This document shows, piece by piece, positions 55,032-64,000 of a DNA stretch of 64,000 nucleotides (within the stretch, counting starts at the first letter, position 1; every line of letters begins with the position of its first letter). The translations under genes and the position numbers were made by a program. The stretch is from assembly GCA_008690995.1 (NCBI GenBank), contig VRMN01000010.1:1-64000 (forward strand). The letters are read 5' to 3'. Below the pieces are notes generated by a model that did not search any database, was not told the DNA's origin, and saw nothing but the letters and a program-made list of their open reading frames with translations. The DNA comes from Porphyridium purpureum. Lineage: Eukaryota.

Positions 55032-57152
55032 GTGCCGCGAGCTGCTGCTGCTGCTAGGGGTCATGTCCGTCGTCAAGCGCCTGCAGGGTGGTGGCGGCGG
55101 CGGTGCGGCGGGTCGCGCAGACACGCAGCGCTCGATCGCGCCGCCCGCGCGTGGGATGGACTCGACCAAGAGGATGGGCTCGCGCTCGGCGATGAGAGCA
55201 TCGCGAGCCAGCCGCAGCCGCGCGCGTCCAAGCACTCCGCTTTGGCAGTCGCAGTGGGCTCGCCGCTGAGCTTTAGCCCGCGGCCGGTGGCGCACGCAGA
55301 CGGCAGGGACGCTTTCGCAGACGTCGCGCCGGAAATGCAGCTGCACAGCTCGCTCGCGTCCGCGCGTGGGCGAGGTGTCTACTCAAAGCCTGTGGATCAT
55401 GATGGCGCCACCAGGAGCATCGGTCGCCGCAGCAAGTCGTCCCCGTCCGTCGGGTTTGCCGACGACGTGCAGACCGAAAAGTTCGACGCCGACGACTCGA
55501 CCCCGGAGCAGGCCTCGCCGCCGCCGCCGCCGCACCGCAAGAGCATTGAGCGCCGGCTCATGTTCGACGTCGAGCTGACTCCGACAGCCGCAGATCACGT
55601 GCACTCGCGCGGCTCGTCCGTGTTTGGACGCGGCGGCTCGCGGCTGCTGGAGATGGAGCGCGTCGAAAGCCGCCCGATCGACGCGGACTGGGAAGACCTC
55701 GAGGCGTACGGTAATGGCTATGCGAGTGCTGACGGCGCAACATTTGGCAGCGACCCGGGCATCGACGGTAACGTGCGGCTCCAGCCGCATTTGTACGGAC
55801 GCACGGGCTCGCGCAGTTATTCGCGGTCGCTGGAAAATACAAACCAGTACCTGTATGGCTCTCGGACGAGTTCGCGGCACAAGCACAATCATCGGTACTC
55901 GGATGATTTGCATGTGCATCTGCACGATAGTGAACTAGGCTCCCATGCTCATGACTGCCACGATCACAACCCCGCGCATGGCCTCGACCACGTCCATGCT
56001 CACGGTCACAGCCACGATCACGGTCATGGTGGGTGCAGCGGGCATGATCACGACAGCGAAGGGTTTCTAACTTTGATTTTGCCCCATGGGCACTCGTTCC
56101 GGACGCATCGCGGCGCGAGTCGTAAGCTGCTGATGATCTCGCTCATGCTGGTCCTAGGCGTGGTGGTTGGCGAGCTGGTGGGTGCGCGGATCTCGCACTC
56201 TCACGCTCTCCTTCTGGAAGCTTTGCATGCTGCCATGGACTCGATGTCGATCCTGTTGGCCTTGGTGTCGTCGCTGGTTGCCGCATGGATGCCCTCCAAT
56301 CGCGCAACTTTTGGATATGCGCGCGTCGAGGTGCTCACTGCGCTTTTCTCAATGATGTGCCTCTTTGGCATGTGTGTGGTGGTGATCGTGTCGGCCGTGC
56401 AGCGCCTCGTGGCTTTCCAGCCTGAGACCGAGGTGTTGGGAGGGGTGCTGTCGGTGACCGTCACGTTGGGGCTCGTCACCAATGTGGCCGTCACATTTAT
56501 TCTCTCGTATGACGCAGATGGCAACATCAACGTCACTGCAGCGCGCGCGCACGCCATTGCGGACGCTGCCGAATCCTTTTTGGTGCTAGTGGGCGGTGTT
56601 ATCATGTGGTTGCGCCCGAGCTGGTGGTTTATTGACCCGGCGCTCAGTTTTGTGGTCATGATCGCGATCTTCCTGGCAAATCGCGCCGTCGTACGCGAGT
56701 CGCTCGACATTCTCATGGAGTTTGTGCCGCAAGGCACAGACCTCGAGCGCATTCGTTCAGAGATCCAGCACATTCCGGGCGTGCGCGAGGTGGAGGCGCT
56801 ACACTTTTGGTCTGTGACCGCAGGCAAGAACGTGGCCATTGGCGTCATCAAGTTATTCCCAGAGTTCGCGAGCGAAGCATCGTCGCACGGAGCGAGCGAG
56901 GACGAGGATGATTACGACCCGGCAGCGCGCTACTACCACAGCAAGATCAAGGCCGAGGGTGTCGGCATCGGCTTGGGCCTCGACGGCAACACCGGCCTGA
57001 CCGTACCACTGACCATGTCGCGCACGCGCAGCACCGTGCGCCGCGTGCGTGAGACGGGGATCAAACTGCAGCAGCTTTGCATTCTGCGTATCAAAGCTGT
57101 GCTTCGCCGCCATGGCGCTCACGAAGTCGTTGTCCAGGTCGAATACGTTTAG
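55032..57152 (+). CDS. Cation diffusion facilitator (Zn/Co) transporter; start uncertain (first in-frame ATG at 55335)
   Basis: His-rich tract, EALHAAMD, ATFGYARVEVL, NV.AA.AHAIAD, IDP, LHFWS. Confidence 0.92.
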   Translation: MPRAAAAARGHVRRQAPAGWWRRRCGGSRRHAALDRAARAWDGLDQEDGLALGDESIASQPQPRASKHSALAVAVGSPLSFSPRPVAHADGRDAFADVAPEMQLHSSLASARGRGVYSKPVDHDGATRSIGRRSKSSPSVGFADDVQTEKFDADDSTPEQASPPPPPHRKSIERRLMFDVELTPTAADHVHSRGSSVFGRGGSRLLEMERVESRPIDADWEDLEAYGNGYASADGATFGSDPGIDGNVRLQPHLYGRTGSRSYSRSLENTNQYLYGSRTSSRHKHNHRYSDDLHVHLHDSELGSHAHDCHDHNPAHGLDHVHAHGHSHDHGHGGCSGHDHDSEGFLTLILPHGHSFRTHRGASRKLLMISLMLVLGVVVGELVGARISHSHALLLEALHAAMDSMSILLALVSSLVAAWMPSNRATFGYARVEVLTALFSMMCLFGMCVVVIVSAVQRLVAFQPETEVLGGVLSVTVTLGLVTNVAVTFILSYDADGNINVTAARAHAIADAAESFLVLVGGVIMWLRPSWWFIDPALSFVVMIAIFLANRAVVRESLDILMEFVPQGTDLERIRSEIQHIPGVREVEALHFWSVTAGKNVAIGVIKLFPEFASEASSHGASEDEDDYDPAARYYHSKIKAEGVGIGLGLDGNTGLTVPLTMSRTRSTVRRVRETGIKLQQLCILRIKAVLRRHGAHEVVVQVEYV

Positions 57153-57307
57153 CACAACGCACGTCGCGGACGTCTCTATTTTGCATTAGCGCGCGCGCCG
57201 TCTGCGCGTGCGCGAGCACGACGGTAGGAATAAAGCTCGAGCCCGCTCCACATGTGGGCAGGCGCGTCATTTAACATCCAACTTGCGTGCTCTTACCGCA
57301 CGTTCGA

Positions 57308-59335
57308 ATGCGCGAGCGTCCAGCGCTAGTTCTGCTCTCACCTGCGGCCGTCCCAGCCGCCACAGCACCGGCACGTCGGGCGCGTCGCGACAAAGGTGCG
57401 AGCGGCGTGTCGCGCCGAGTGTTGTGGGGCGACGCACGAGGGAGAATGTTTCACGCAGGAGGCGCACGCGGCGCAAGCATGTTCTGCCTGAACCTGGCGA
57501 CGGTGACGATGCGCAGAAGTAGTGCGCTGGTCGCCGTGCCTTTGCGGCTTCCGGTCTCGCCGCCGGCGCGGGCATGGCCGTGGCACGTGTGGCACTCGTG
57601 GGATGTGTGGGGTCGCCGGACCGCGGCGGCGGCGGTGGTGACGACCGGCGGTGCGCAGCGCCATCAGAGCGGTCGCGCTCATGTCGATCGTGCGCGCGGA
57701 GACAGACCGCGCGGGCGCGCGGATCGGGGACAAAGGCGGCCGGATTGGGACAGCGATCGTCGCGGCGGTCAGGGTTCATGGCGCTCGGAGCGGCCCGCCA
57801 GAGGCAAGGGCAATCGAGCGCGCTCAACATCTTCAGATGAGTACGACCAAATGGATAGGGAGATGTTTGTGGATAAGCGATCCAGAAGTGCAGCCAAAGG
57901 CAGCCGCAGGCGATCGGCACCGTCGGATGACGAGATGGATTTGGACTCGATCGACATGGACATGATGGAAATGGACGAAATGGACTTGAATGCGAATACA
58001 GACACGGCCAGTGGCAAGACGGGCAAGGTTGAGTCCAAGAAAGAAAAGAAGGGTAAGCGTGCCAGACAGACCGGTCTCGCAGCTAATTTTCCACCTAAGC
58101 CAGACCCGAAAAATAAGAGAAAGAAGGGGCTCAAGCCGACACGAATTTTTCCGCACAAGAAGAAGACGTTCCCGCCGGAAATTACAAAAGAGCCCGACGA
58201 TGATCCTCTCACGGCAGAATGGAAGCGGCTGCGACGATTGATTCATGATGCGAATGCGCAATCCGTGGGAAAGAGCTTCGAAGTTCTCGTCGAAGAGCTC
58301 CGGAAGAAGAAGGTTGACGAGGCGGACTTTGGAGTCAAGCTGATTTTAGGCCACGTGCTGGGAAAAGCGTCCGCGAAGCCCAACACGAAACCTAAAATGA
58401 TTATGCCAGCGTCGCTGCGGATGTTTTACTGGACAAATCACTTTCCGGCCAAGTATCGTGCCGAGGTGTGCACCCTTTGCGCCAAGCGTATCCTCTTCCG
58501 CACGCCCGTGCAGTACTTATTAGGTGAGTGGGACTTTTACCATGTCACGCTGGCAATGCGTGCGCCAGTGTTGATTCCTCGGCCAGAGACCGAGGAGCTG
58601 GTGGAGCAAGTTGTGGAATTTTACAGCGGTGCAGGCGATGCACCGGCGCCTCCGAACACCTTTTTGGACGTAGGATGCGGCTCAGGTGCCATCGCGCTGG
58701 CCCTGTTGAAAAAGTGGCCCCAAAGCACGGCGTGGATGATCGACATATCGGCGGATGCGATTGCGTTGGCGCAGTTGAACGCGCGTGAGCTAGGCGTTGA
58801 ACGACGGTGTGTATTTGTGCATGGCAATATTTCAAAACTCGATGGTAGTACTCAGTTTGATATGGTCGTGAGCAATCCTCCGTACATTCCGCGCGAGGAC
58901 ATGAAGAGGCTTGCCCCTGAAATTCGCGACCATGAGGACGAGCTCGCACTTTGTGGCGGAGACGACGGACTCGACGTGGTTCGCGAAATTTTGCAAAAGG
59001 CGCACGAGATTGTGCCGCCGGGTCGCATGATCTGGCTTGAGCTTGACCCTACACAACCGAAAAAACTGGAGATGCAATTTAATACTCTGCGAAAGGCTGC
59101 AGCCAAGGACACGGCCCAAAGCGAAAGTAGCGACACGACGGCGGACACGACGGCGGACACGACGGCCGACGCGACGGCCGACGCGACAAGGGAGAACAGT
59201 GACCAGGAGGAGAAGCAGGCGGAGAAAACGACAGACATCCTGAAGACTGGCCACTTTCACTGTGTGAAAATCTTTAAAGATCTGAGTAGGCGGTGGCGGT
59301 TTGCGCAACTCGAGGTGCTTCCCAAGGAGCAGTAA
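57308..59335 (+). CDS. hemK: Release-factor glutamine methyltransferase (HemK/PrmC) with long N-terminal extension; start uncertain
   Basis: PVQYLLGEWDF, VLIPRPETEELV, LDVGCGSGAI, VSNPPYI, ALCGGDDGL. Confidence 0.92.
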   Translation: MRERPALVLLSPAAVPAATAPARRARRDKGASGVSRRVLWGDARGRMFHAGGARGASMFCLNLATVTMRRSSALVAVPLRLPVSPPARAWPWHVWHSWDVWGRRTAAAAVVTTGGAQRHQSGRAHVDRARGDRPRGRADRGQRRPDWDSDRRGGQGSWRSERPARGKGNRARSTSSDEYDQMDREMFVDKRSRSAAKGSRRRSAPSDDEMDLDSIDMDMMEMDEMDLNANTDTASGKTGKVESKKEKKGKRARQTGLAANFPPKPDPKNKRKKGLKPTRIFPHKKKTFPPEITKEPDDDPLTAEWKRLRRLIHDANAQSVGKSFEVLVEELRKKKVDEADFGVKLILGHVLGKASAKPNTKPKMIMPASLRMFYWTNHFPAKYRAEVCTLCAKRILFRTPVQYLLGEWDFYHVTLAMRAPVLIPRPETEELVEQVVEFYSGAGDAPAPPNTFLDVGCGSGAIALALLKKWPQSTAWMIDISADAIALAQLNARELGVERRCVFVHGNISKLDGSTQFDMVVSNPPYIPREDMKRLAPEIRDHEDELALCGGDDGLDVVREILQKAHEIVPPGRMIWLELDPTQPKKLEMQFNTLRKAAAKDTAQSESSDTTADTTADTTADATADATRENSDQEEKQAEKTTDILKTGHFHCVKIFKDLSRRWRFAQLEVLPKEQ

Positions 59336-60238
59336 TTGTCATCGCCCAAACGCGTCAGTGTGAGGACGCGTGCATTCGATGATGTTGTACCGATCTGCCC
59401 ATGAGAAATGACGTTCTGAATGGCTCGGCAAGCACGACTTGTTGGACAATCAGGCCATGTGGCCCTTCTCATGATGAAAGGCATGACGCACGTGGCTGAC
59501 TCTTTAATTCCTGACTTGCGCATGAATGGCGCCGATGGCTTTAGAGCAATATATGTCATCTTACGACATCTCTGGAGCGCCATGCTTCTAGTCCGTACAT
59601 GTGCTCTACGATCTATATGGCGCATACAACGGATCAGGCAGGCCTCAGCTGGTGTTGCGCGCGGGATTCGATGCAAAGACGTCAACCATGACCATCGTTG
59701 CGATCGCCAAAAATCCAATGCTGAACGACTCTCCTAATCTCATTCATTGTATAAACCCAAGCGCAAAGCACACAGGCCATGGTCACCTCTTCTCTCTTCC
59801 AAGTCCCAAAATCGCAGGGCGACCTTGCCCGGCATTTCTGGGGCTGGCCCGGCTCTAGCACTGCTTGTGAACCCATACCGAACGTCCTCATCCCACTTCT
59901 AACAAACCTTCATGCGTGCGCGCCGGTAAGACCGACCGACCGACTGACAGGGTGCCGCATGCCGTGCGCGCCAGTCGAGCCCAGCCAGCTCGCGCATGAA
60001 CGCCGATCAACACACACACACACACAAGCAGACACACAGAGCCAGAGCGGGACGAAGACGCGAAGAATCTTGGCTCGACTGGCGTGGCAGATTTTATGTT
60101 TTCCTTATTAAAATGGGGGCGTTTTGCTATAAAAGCGCGGCACGTTCGTGTCGGATCGCGAATAGAGACACAGAAAGAGAGAGGGAGAGAGAGAGACGGT
60201 GGAGTTGTAGCGTCCAGGTGCCAGGTTGTGCGTGTGCG

Positions 60239-60781
60239 ATGGCTGAGTTTGCGACGTGCGTGGGCACCGTGCCGGTGCGCAAGGATGCCGACGGCAAGTG
60301 GGAGCTGCTGATGGTCAAGACGCCGCGCATGGGCTGGAGCTTCCCGATGGCCGAGATCGAGAAGGACGCCAAGGGCGCCAAGCAGACTGCAAAAAAGTGC
60401 ACCGTGAGCTCCGTCGGCGCCACAGGGAAGCTGGGCCCAAAGCTGGGCAAGTGGCGCTTCCCGGCGCCCAGGAACCAGGACGTGCGCTTCTGGGTGATGT
60501 ACGTCGACGGCGAGCTGGGTGAGGATGACAAGCGCTACGACCCTCCGGCAAAGGGGCAGCGCGGTTGGTTCAAGGTGGGACAGGCAAAGAACCGCATCAT
60601 GAAGATCAAGGACGCAGAGTGCCTGGAAGAGCACTGCGACTTGCTCACCAAGGTGCGCGAACACCTCAGCGCCCTCGACAGCGCTGACGATGTCGCGGAG
60701 GACGACGCTTCGGACGTGGATGACACCGAGCCGATTGTGGTCGACCACGACAAGCCCCTCGAGGAAGATCCAGAGGAGTAG
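60239..60781 (+). CDS. Nudix-fold protein with a degenerate Nudix box
   Basis: Collinear with the 61329 gene (C.G.VPVRK...GKWE.LMV, GPKLG.WRFP), but the box reads PMAEIEKDAKGAKQTAKKCTVSSVG. Confidence 0.85.
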   Translation: MAEFATCVGTVPVRKDADGKWELLMVKTPRMGWSFPMAEIEKDAKGAKQTAKKCTVSSVGATGKLGPKLGKWRFPAPRNQDVRFWVMYVDGELGEDDKRYDPPAKGQRGWFKVGQAKNRIMKIKDAECLEEHCDLLTKVREHLSALDSADDVAEDDASDVDDTEPIVVDHDKPLEEDPEE

Positions 60782-61328
60782 TCCCACTTTCGCTGCAATT
60801 CTCGGCGCGCTCGATCTATGAACGTCGCCGTGAGCCAGTGGCCAGTGGCATTGGCTGCGCAATTCTCTTTCTCCTCCTCCTCCTTCACCGCGCAGAATAT
60901 CAATCGCGTGCAAGTGTGCATTCCATGTCCCTTCCCACGTTTAGTGTAGATGCATCGCGCCATTGAGAAAGTCTCTAAAGATTCAGCGCGCCTACTTCAT
61001 TGCGCACCGTTGCGACCTGCACGCCACGGATTCTTCGCGCACGCCAGTCCGCCGCCGCACCACATGTCTACACATGGGCACTCATGTGAACGTGCGTATC
61101 TGCCAAACGTGACTGGCTCCATTCTCCGCTCCACACACGCGTGAGCGCGAACAAAAGCGCTCAACCACGACCGCGCGTTTGGGTCGGTCACACGAGGTGA
61201 CGCGACACGTTTGCACGTTGCGTCGTTTCCGCGGGCACAGAATCAGAATCTCGGCGCGAGGACGAGGGCAACACACAGATCACGTCTGCATCCGCGCCGC
61301 CGGGGCGGTCTGCGCAGTCTGAAAGGGT

Positions 61329-61889
61329 ATGGTCAAGTTCCGCGAGTGTGCTGGGTGCGTGCCGGTGCGCAAGAATGCGCAGAGCGGCAAGTGGGAGGTG
61401 CTCATGGTGCAGTCCACGGGCGATGACGCGATCTGGGTGTTTCCCAAGGGCGGCGTCGAACCTGGCGAGCCAGCCAAGGTGACTGCGCTACGCGAGACGC
61501 GCGAGGAGGCCGGCGCTATCGGCAAGTGCGGGCCCAAGCTGGGCGTGTGGCGTTTCCCGCAGACCAGGCAGCAGATCAAGTTCTTCCTGCTGTACGTGGA
61601 CGACGTGTTTGAGGCGACCGACTCGCGCTGGAAGGAGCGCAAGAAGCGCCAGCGCATGTGGCTCACCTTCCGCGCGGCCAAGAAGCTCATCAAATCGGTG
61701 CCCAAGCCGGACCGGCGCCCAGAGCTGTGCGACGTGCTCAAGGCCGCGGCCAAGCCGCTCAAGCAAATTGACGCAGAGAACCGAGTGCCCGAAGAGGACA
61801 CGGCCGATGATAATGCGGACGACGACAATGTCATCGAGATTGACCACGACATCAACGACAATAACGACGACAGCGACGCGTCGGCGTAA
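61329..61889 (+). CDS. Nudix hydrolase, DIPP/Ap6A-like
   Basis: WVFPKGGVEPGEPAKVTALRETREEAG intact Nudix box; W.E...R.R.W motif. Confidence 0.92.
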   Translation: MVKFRECAGCVPVRKNAQSGKWEVLMVQSTGDDAIWVFPKGGVEPGEPAKVTALRETREEAGAIGKCGPKLGVWRFPQTRQQIKFFLLYVDDVFEATDSRWKERKKRQRMWLTFRAAKKLIKSVPKPDRRPELCDVLKAAAKPLKQIDAENRVPEEDTADDNADDDNVIEIDHDINDNNDDSDASA

Positions 61890-62037
61890 CCTTGGCCGCC
61901 ACCGGCAGCACCTCCCTCGACCTGTATTCTGTCACAAAGTAAACTGGAACACTATCGACTTGGCGCGATTTGTGACTTGTCCCTGACGGCGGCGCGGAGA
62001 GCGGGTGCGGGGACGCGGGACAGACTGAGACACCGCA

Positions 62038-63951
62038 ATGAGCGCCAAGCGCGGTGCGACGGGTACCGCGAGCGCGGCAGGCGCCGCGGGCGCCCGGCCA
62101 GCAGGCAACGGGGCCCAGATGCCCGGCTCGTACGACGACGGCTTGCTCTATTCGGACGATTACGGCCCGTACGGCGAGAGCGTGCCTGCGGAAGGCGAGG
62201 CATTTAGCGGGCCGGGATCGTTTGTTCGCACGCCGCTGCTGCTCTCGCCGCGTATGCACACGCCGGTGGGTGCGCCGTCCGTGCTCCAGGAGTGGCAGAA
62301 CAATTCGAATGCTCGAAAATCTTCGGCGCCAGCGCCGCACAACGGTCACGGTAGAGCGGCATCGTACGGCACACACGCAGGCGCAGAAATGCCTCCCGCA
62401 GCGACTCAGGCGATGTACTTGAACGCCGCACCGGAGCATGGCGCAATGAGTCGCCTCGCGGAGCCTGCGTTGGGCATGGGCGCCGCTCAGATGCTTGCTG
62501 CGGCAGCGGCACCAAATGCCGCCGCAGCAAGCGCCCATTCTCCAGGTCTCACGGCTCCCGCGCCGTCACCCGCTGCGGCCGGGCTTGGGTTTTTGCAGCC
62601 ACCTGCGATGCAGCAGCAGCAACAACAACAACTACAACAACAACAACAGCAGCAGCTGCAGCAGCTGCACGGCGACGCCATGTCCGTTGCATCCAGCGCA
62701 GCGGAAAATGCAGCAGCCGCGGGGACCGGCAGCTTGCTGGCGCCGCGCACGGTTTCGAATGTTGGTCGGGTGCAGGTGGCCGGTGCACGCAATGAGCTGT
62801 TTGCCGCGGGGAAGAAGCCCAACATTATGATGACGGGACTGCCGCGTTCGGGAAAAACGAGCATTCTCAGTGTCCTGTTCCAAAAAGTATCGCCGCACGA
62901 AACGCTCTTCCTCGATTCATCAGACAAGGTGGTCAAGCACGAGATTGAAAACTCGGCGTTCTGCCAGTTCCAACTGTGGGATGTGCCCGGAGTGAATGGC
63001 AGCAGCAACGCCGCAAATGCATTCAGTCACACCGGTGCCAGCTTGAGTGTGCATTCGGTGGTATCAAACGACTCTGTTTTCTCCGACTGCGCGGCTGTGA
63101 TTTTTGTGATTGATGTGACGAGCGAGGAGACAGACGAGGCACTGCAACGACTTCATCACACCATCACTCGCGCGGTGGCGACCAACCCGAACGTTTTCAT
63201 CGAGGTCTTCATCCACAAGGCAGACGCGCTGACCGAAGAGCAAAAAGTGCAGTGTCAACGCGAGCTTCAGGGACGCATTGACGAGGAACTCGAGGAGGTA
63301 GGCTTGCCGGGTGTGAGTGCGCGCATCCGCTATCGAGCGACGTCTATCTTTGACCATTCGGTGTACGAGGCGTTCTCGCAAGTCGTGCAGAACCTCATTC
63401 CGGAGACGCACACGCTCGAGAGCATGCTCGACTTTTTGGTCAATAACTGCGGCATGGAAAAGGCGTTTTTATTTGACGTGGTCAGCAAACTTTACGTCGC
63501 GACGGACAGCACGCCGGTGCACCCGGAGGATTTTGAGCTGTGCTCGGACATGATTGAGGTGATCATTGACGTGAGCTGCATTTACGACTCTGGCCTGCAG
63601 GACGCCGCGCGTGCAAGTGGAAACGCGCAATGGTCCGGTGCGGATGCAGAGAACGCTGGCACAGGGAGCGGCGGTGGCGGGAACGGCAGCAGTAGTGCAG
63701 CAGCGGCGGACTCTAACCGCGCGCCGCCGCCGCCGGTCAACTTTGGATACCAAACGCATTCGTCCGCCACCATTCGGCTGAGCAACAACATGGTGTTGTA
63801 TCTCAAGGAGGTTTCTAACTATTTGGCGTTGTGTTGCATTGTACGTTCGGACGTGTTTGACGCTGCGCTCGGTCTCATCGAGTACAATGTTGGCGTTTTC
63901 AAAGAGGGTCTTCAGCGCGTCATCCAGTACCGCGTGGATTCCAACAGGTGA
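62038..63951 (+). CDS. RRAGC: Rag GTPase RagC/D (Gtr2) with low-complexity polyQ N-terminus
   Basis: GLPRSGKTSI..V.FQKVSPHETLFL, WDVPG, EVFIHKAD, TSIFDHSVYEAFS, EKAFLFDVVSKLYVATD. Confidence 0.95.
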   Translation: MSAKRGATGTASAAGAAGARPAGNGAQMPGSYDDGLLYSDDYGPYGESVPAEGEAFSGPGSFVRTPLLLSPRMHTPVGAPSVLQEWQNNSNARKSSAPAPHNGHGRAASYGTHAGAEMPPAATQAMYLNAAPEHGAMSRLAEPALGMGAAQMLAAAAAPNAAAASAHSPGLTAPAPSPAAAGLGFLQPPAMQQQQQQQLQQQQQQQLQQLHGDAMSVASSAAENAAAAGTGSLLAPRTVSNVGRVQVAGARNELFAAGKKPNIMMTGLPRSGKTSILSVLFQKVSPHETLFLDSSDKVVKHEIENSAFCQFQLWDVPGVNGSSNAANAFSHTGASLSVHSVVSNDSVFSDCAAVIFVIDVTSEETDEALQRLHHTITRAVATNPNVFIEVFIHKADALTEEQKVQCQRELQGRIDEELEEVGLPGVSARIRYRATSIFDHSVYEAFSQVVQNLIPETHTLESMLDFLVNNCGMEKAFLFDVVSKLYVATDSTPVHPEDFELCSDMIEVIIDVSCIYDSGLQDAARASGNAQWSGADAENAGTGSGGGGNGSSSAAAADSNRAPPPPVNFGYQTHSSATIRLSNNMVLYLKEVSNYLALCCIVRSDVFDAALGLIEYNVGVFKEGLQRVIQYRVDSNR

Positions 63952-64000
63952 CCGCGCCGAAGGTTCACACGGGGCCTGATTCCAATGGCAAATGTTTTCC

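Noticed and set aside
37541..61889. Phosphate/inositol-pyrophosphate gene cluster (SPX transporter + DIPP Nudix)
   Set aside because: The genes are 20 kb apart with unrelated genes between them; no evidence of functional clustering

Overview
Eukaryotic, GC-rich and essentially intronless DNA; the gene style suggests a unicellular red alga such as Porphyridium (inference, not verified). The first ~27 kb looks like a left chromosome end/subtelomere. It opens with two tandem 3' ends of restriction-like-endonuclease (CRE/SLACS-type) non-LTR retroelements, each joined to an 11-mer (CCCTAGAGTAA, reverse strand TTACTCTAGGG) that is a candidate telomere repeat. Next come a 20-bp satellite, Sel1 relics and an intact 1424-aa zinc finger + tyrosine-recombinase-like + RecQ-like helicase gene. 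These are followed by a Merlin/IS1595 transposase split by a solo LTR, an orphan ORF, an intact Tc1, an MLKL-like/kinase/hypervariable-Sel1 gene, an ABC-class ATPase pseudogene and another Sel1 array. The 27-35 kb region holds three tandem helical-repeat paralogs. After that are housekeeping genes (SPX-SLC13 phosphate transporter, CS/Sel1 protein, UBA3, PRMT5, CDF zinc transporter, HemK/PrmC, two Nudix paralogs, RagC/D), interrupted by a nested transposon cluster at 42.9-49.6 kb. All family calls come from motif recognition by eye; no database search was run.
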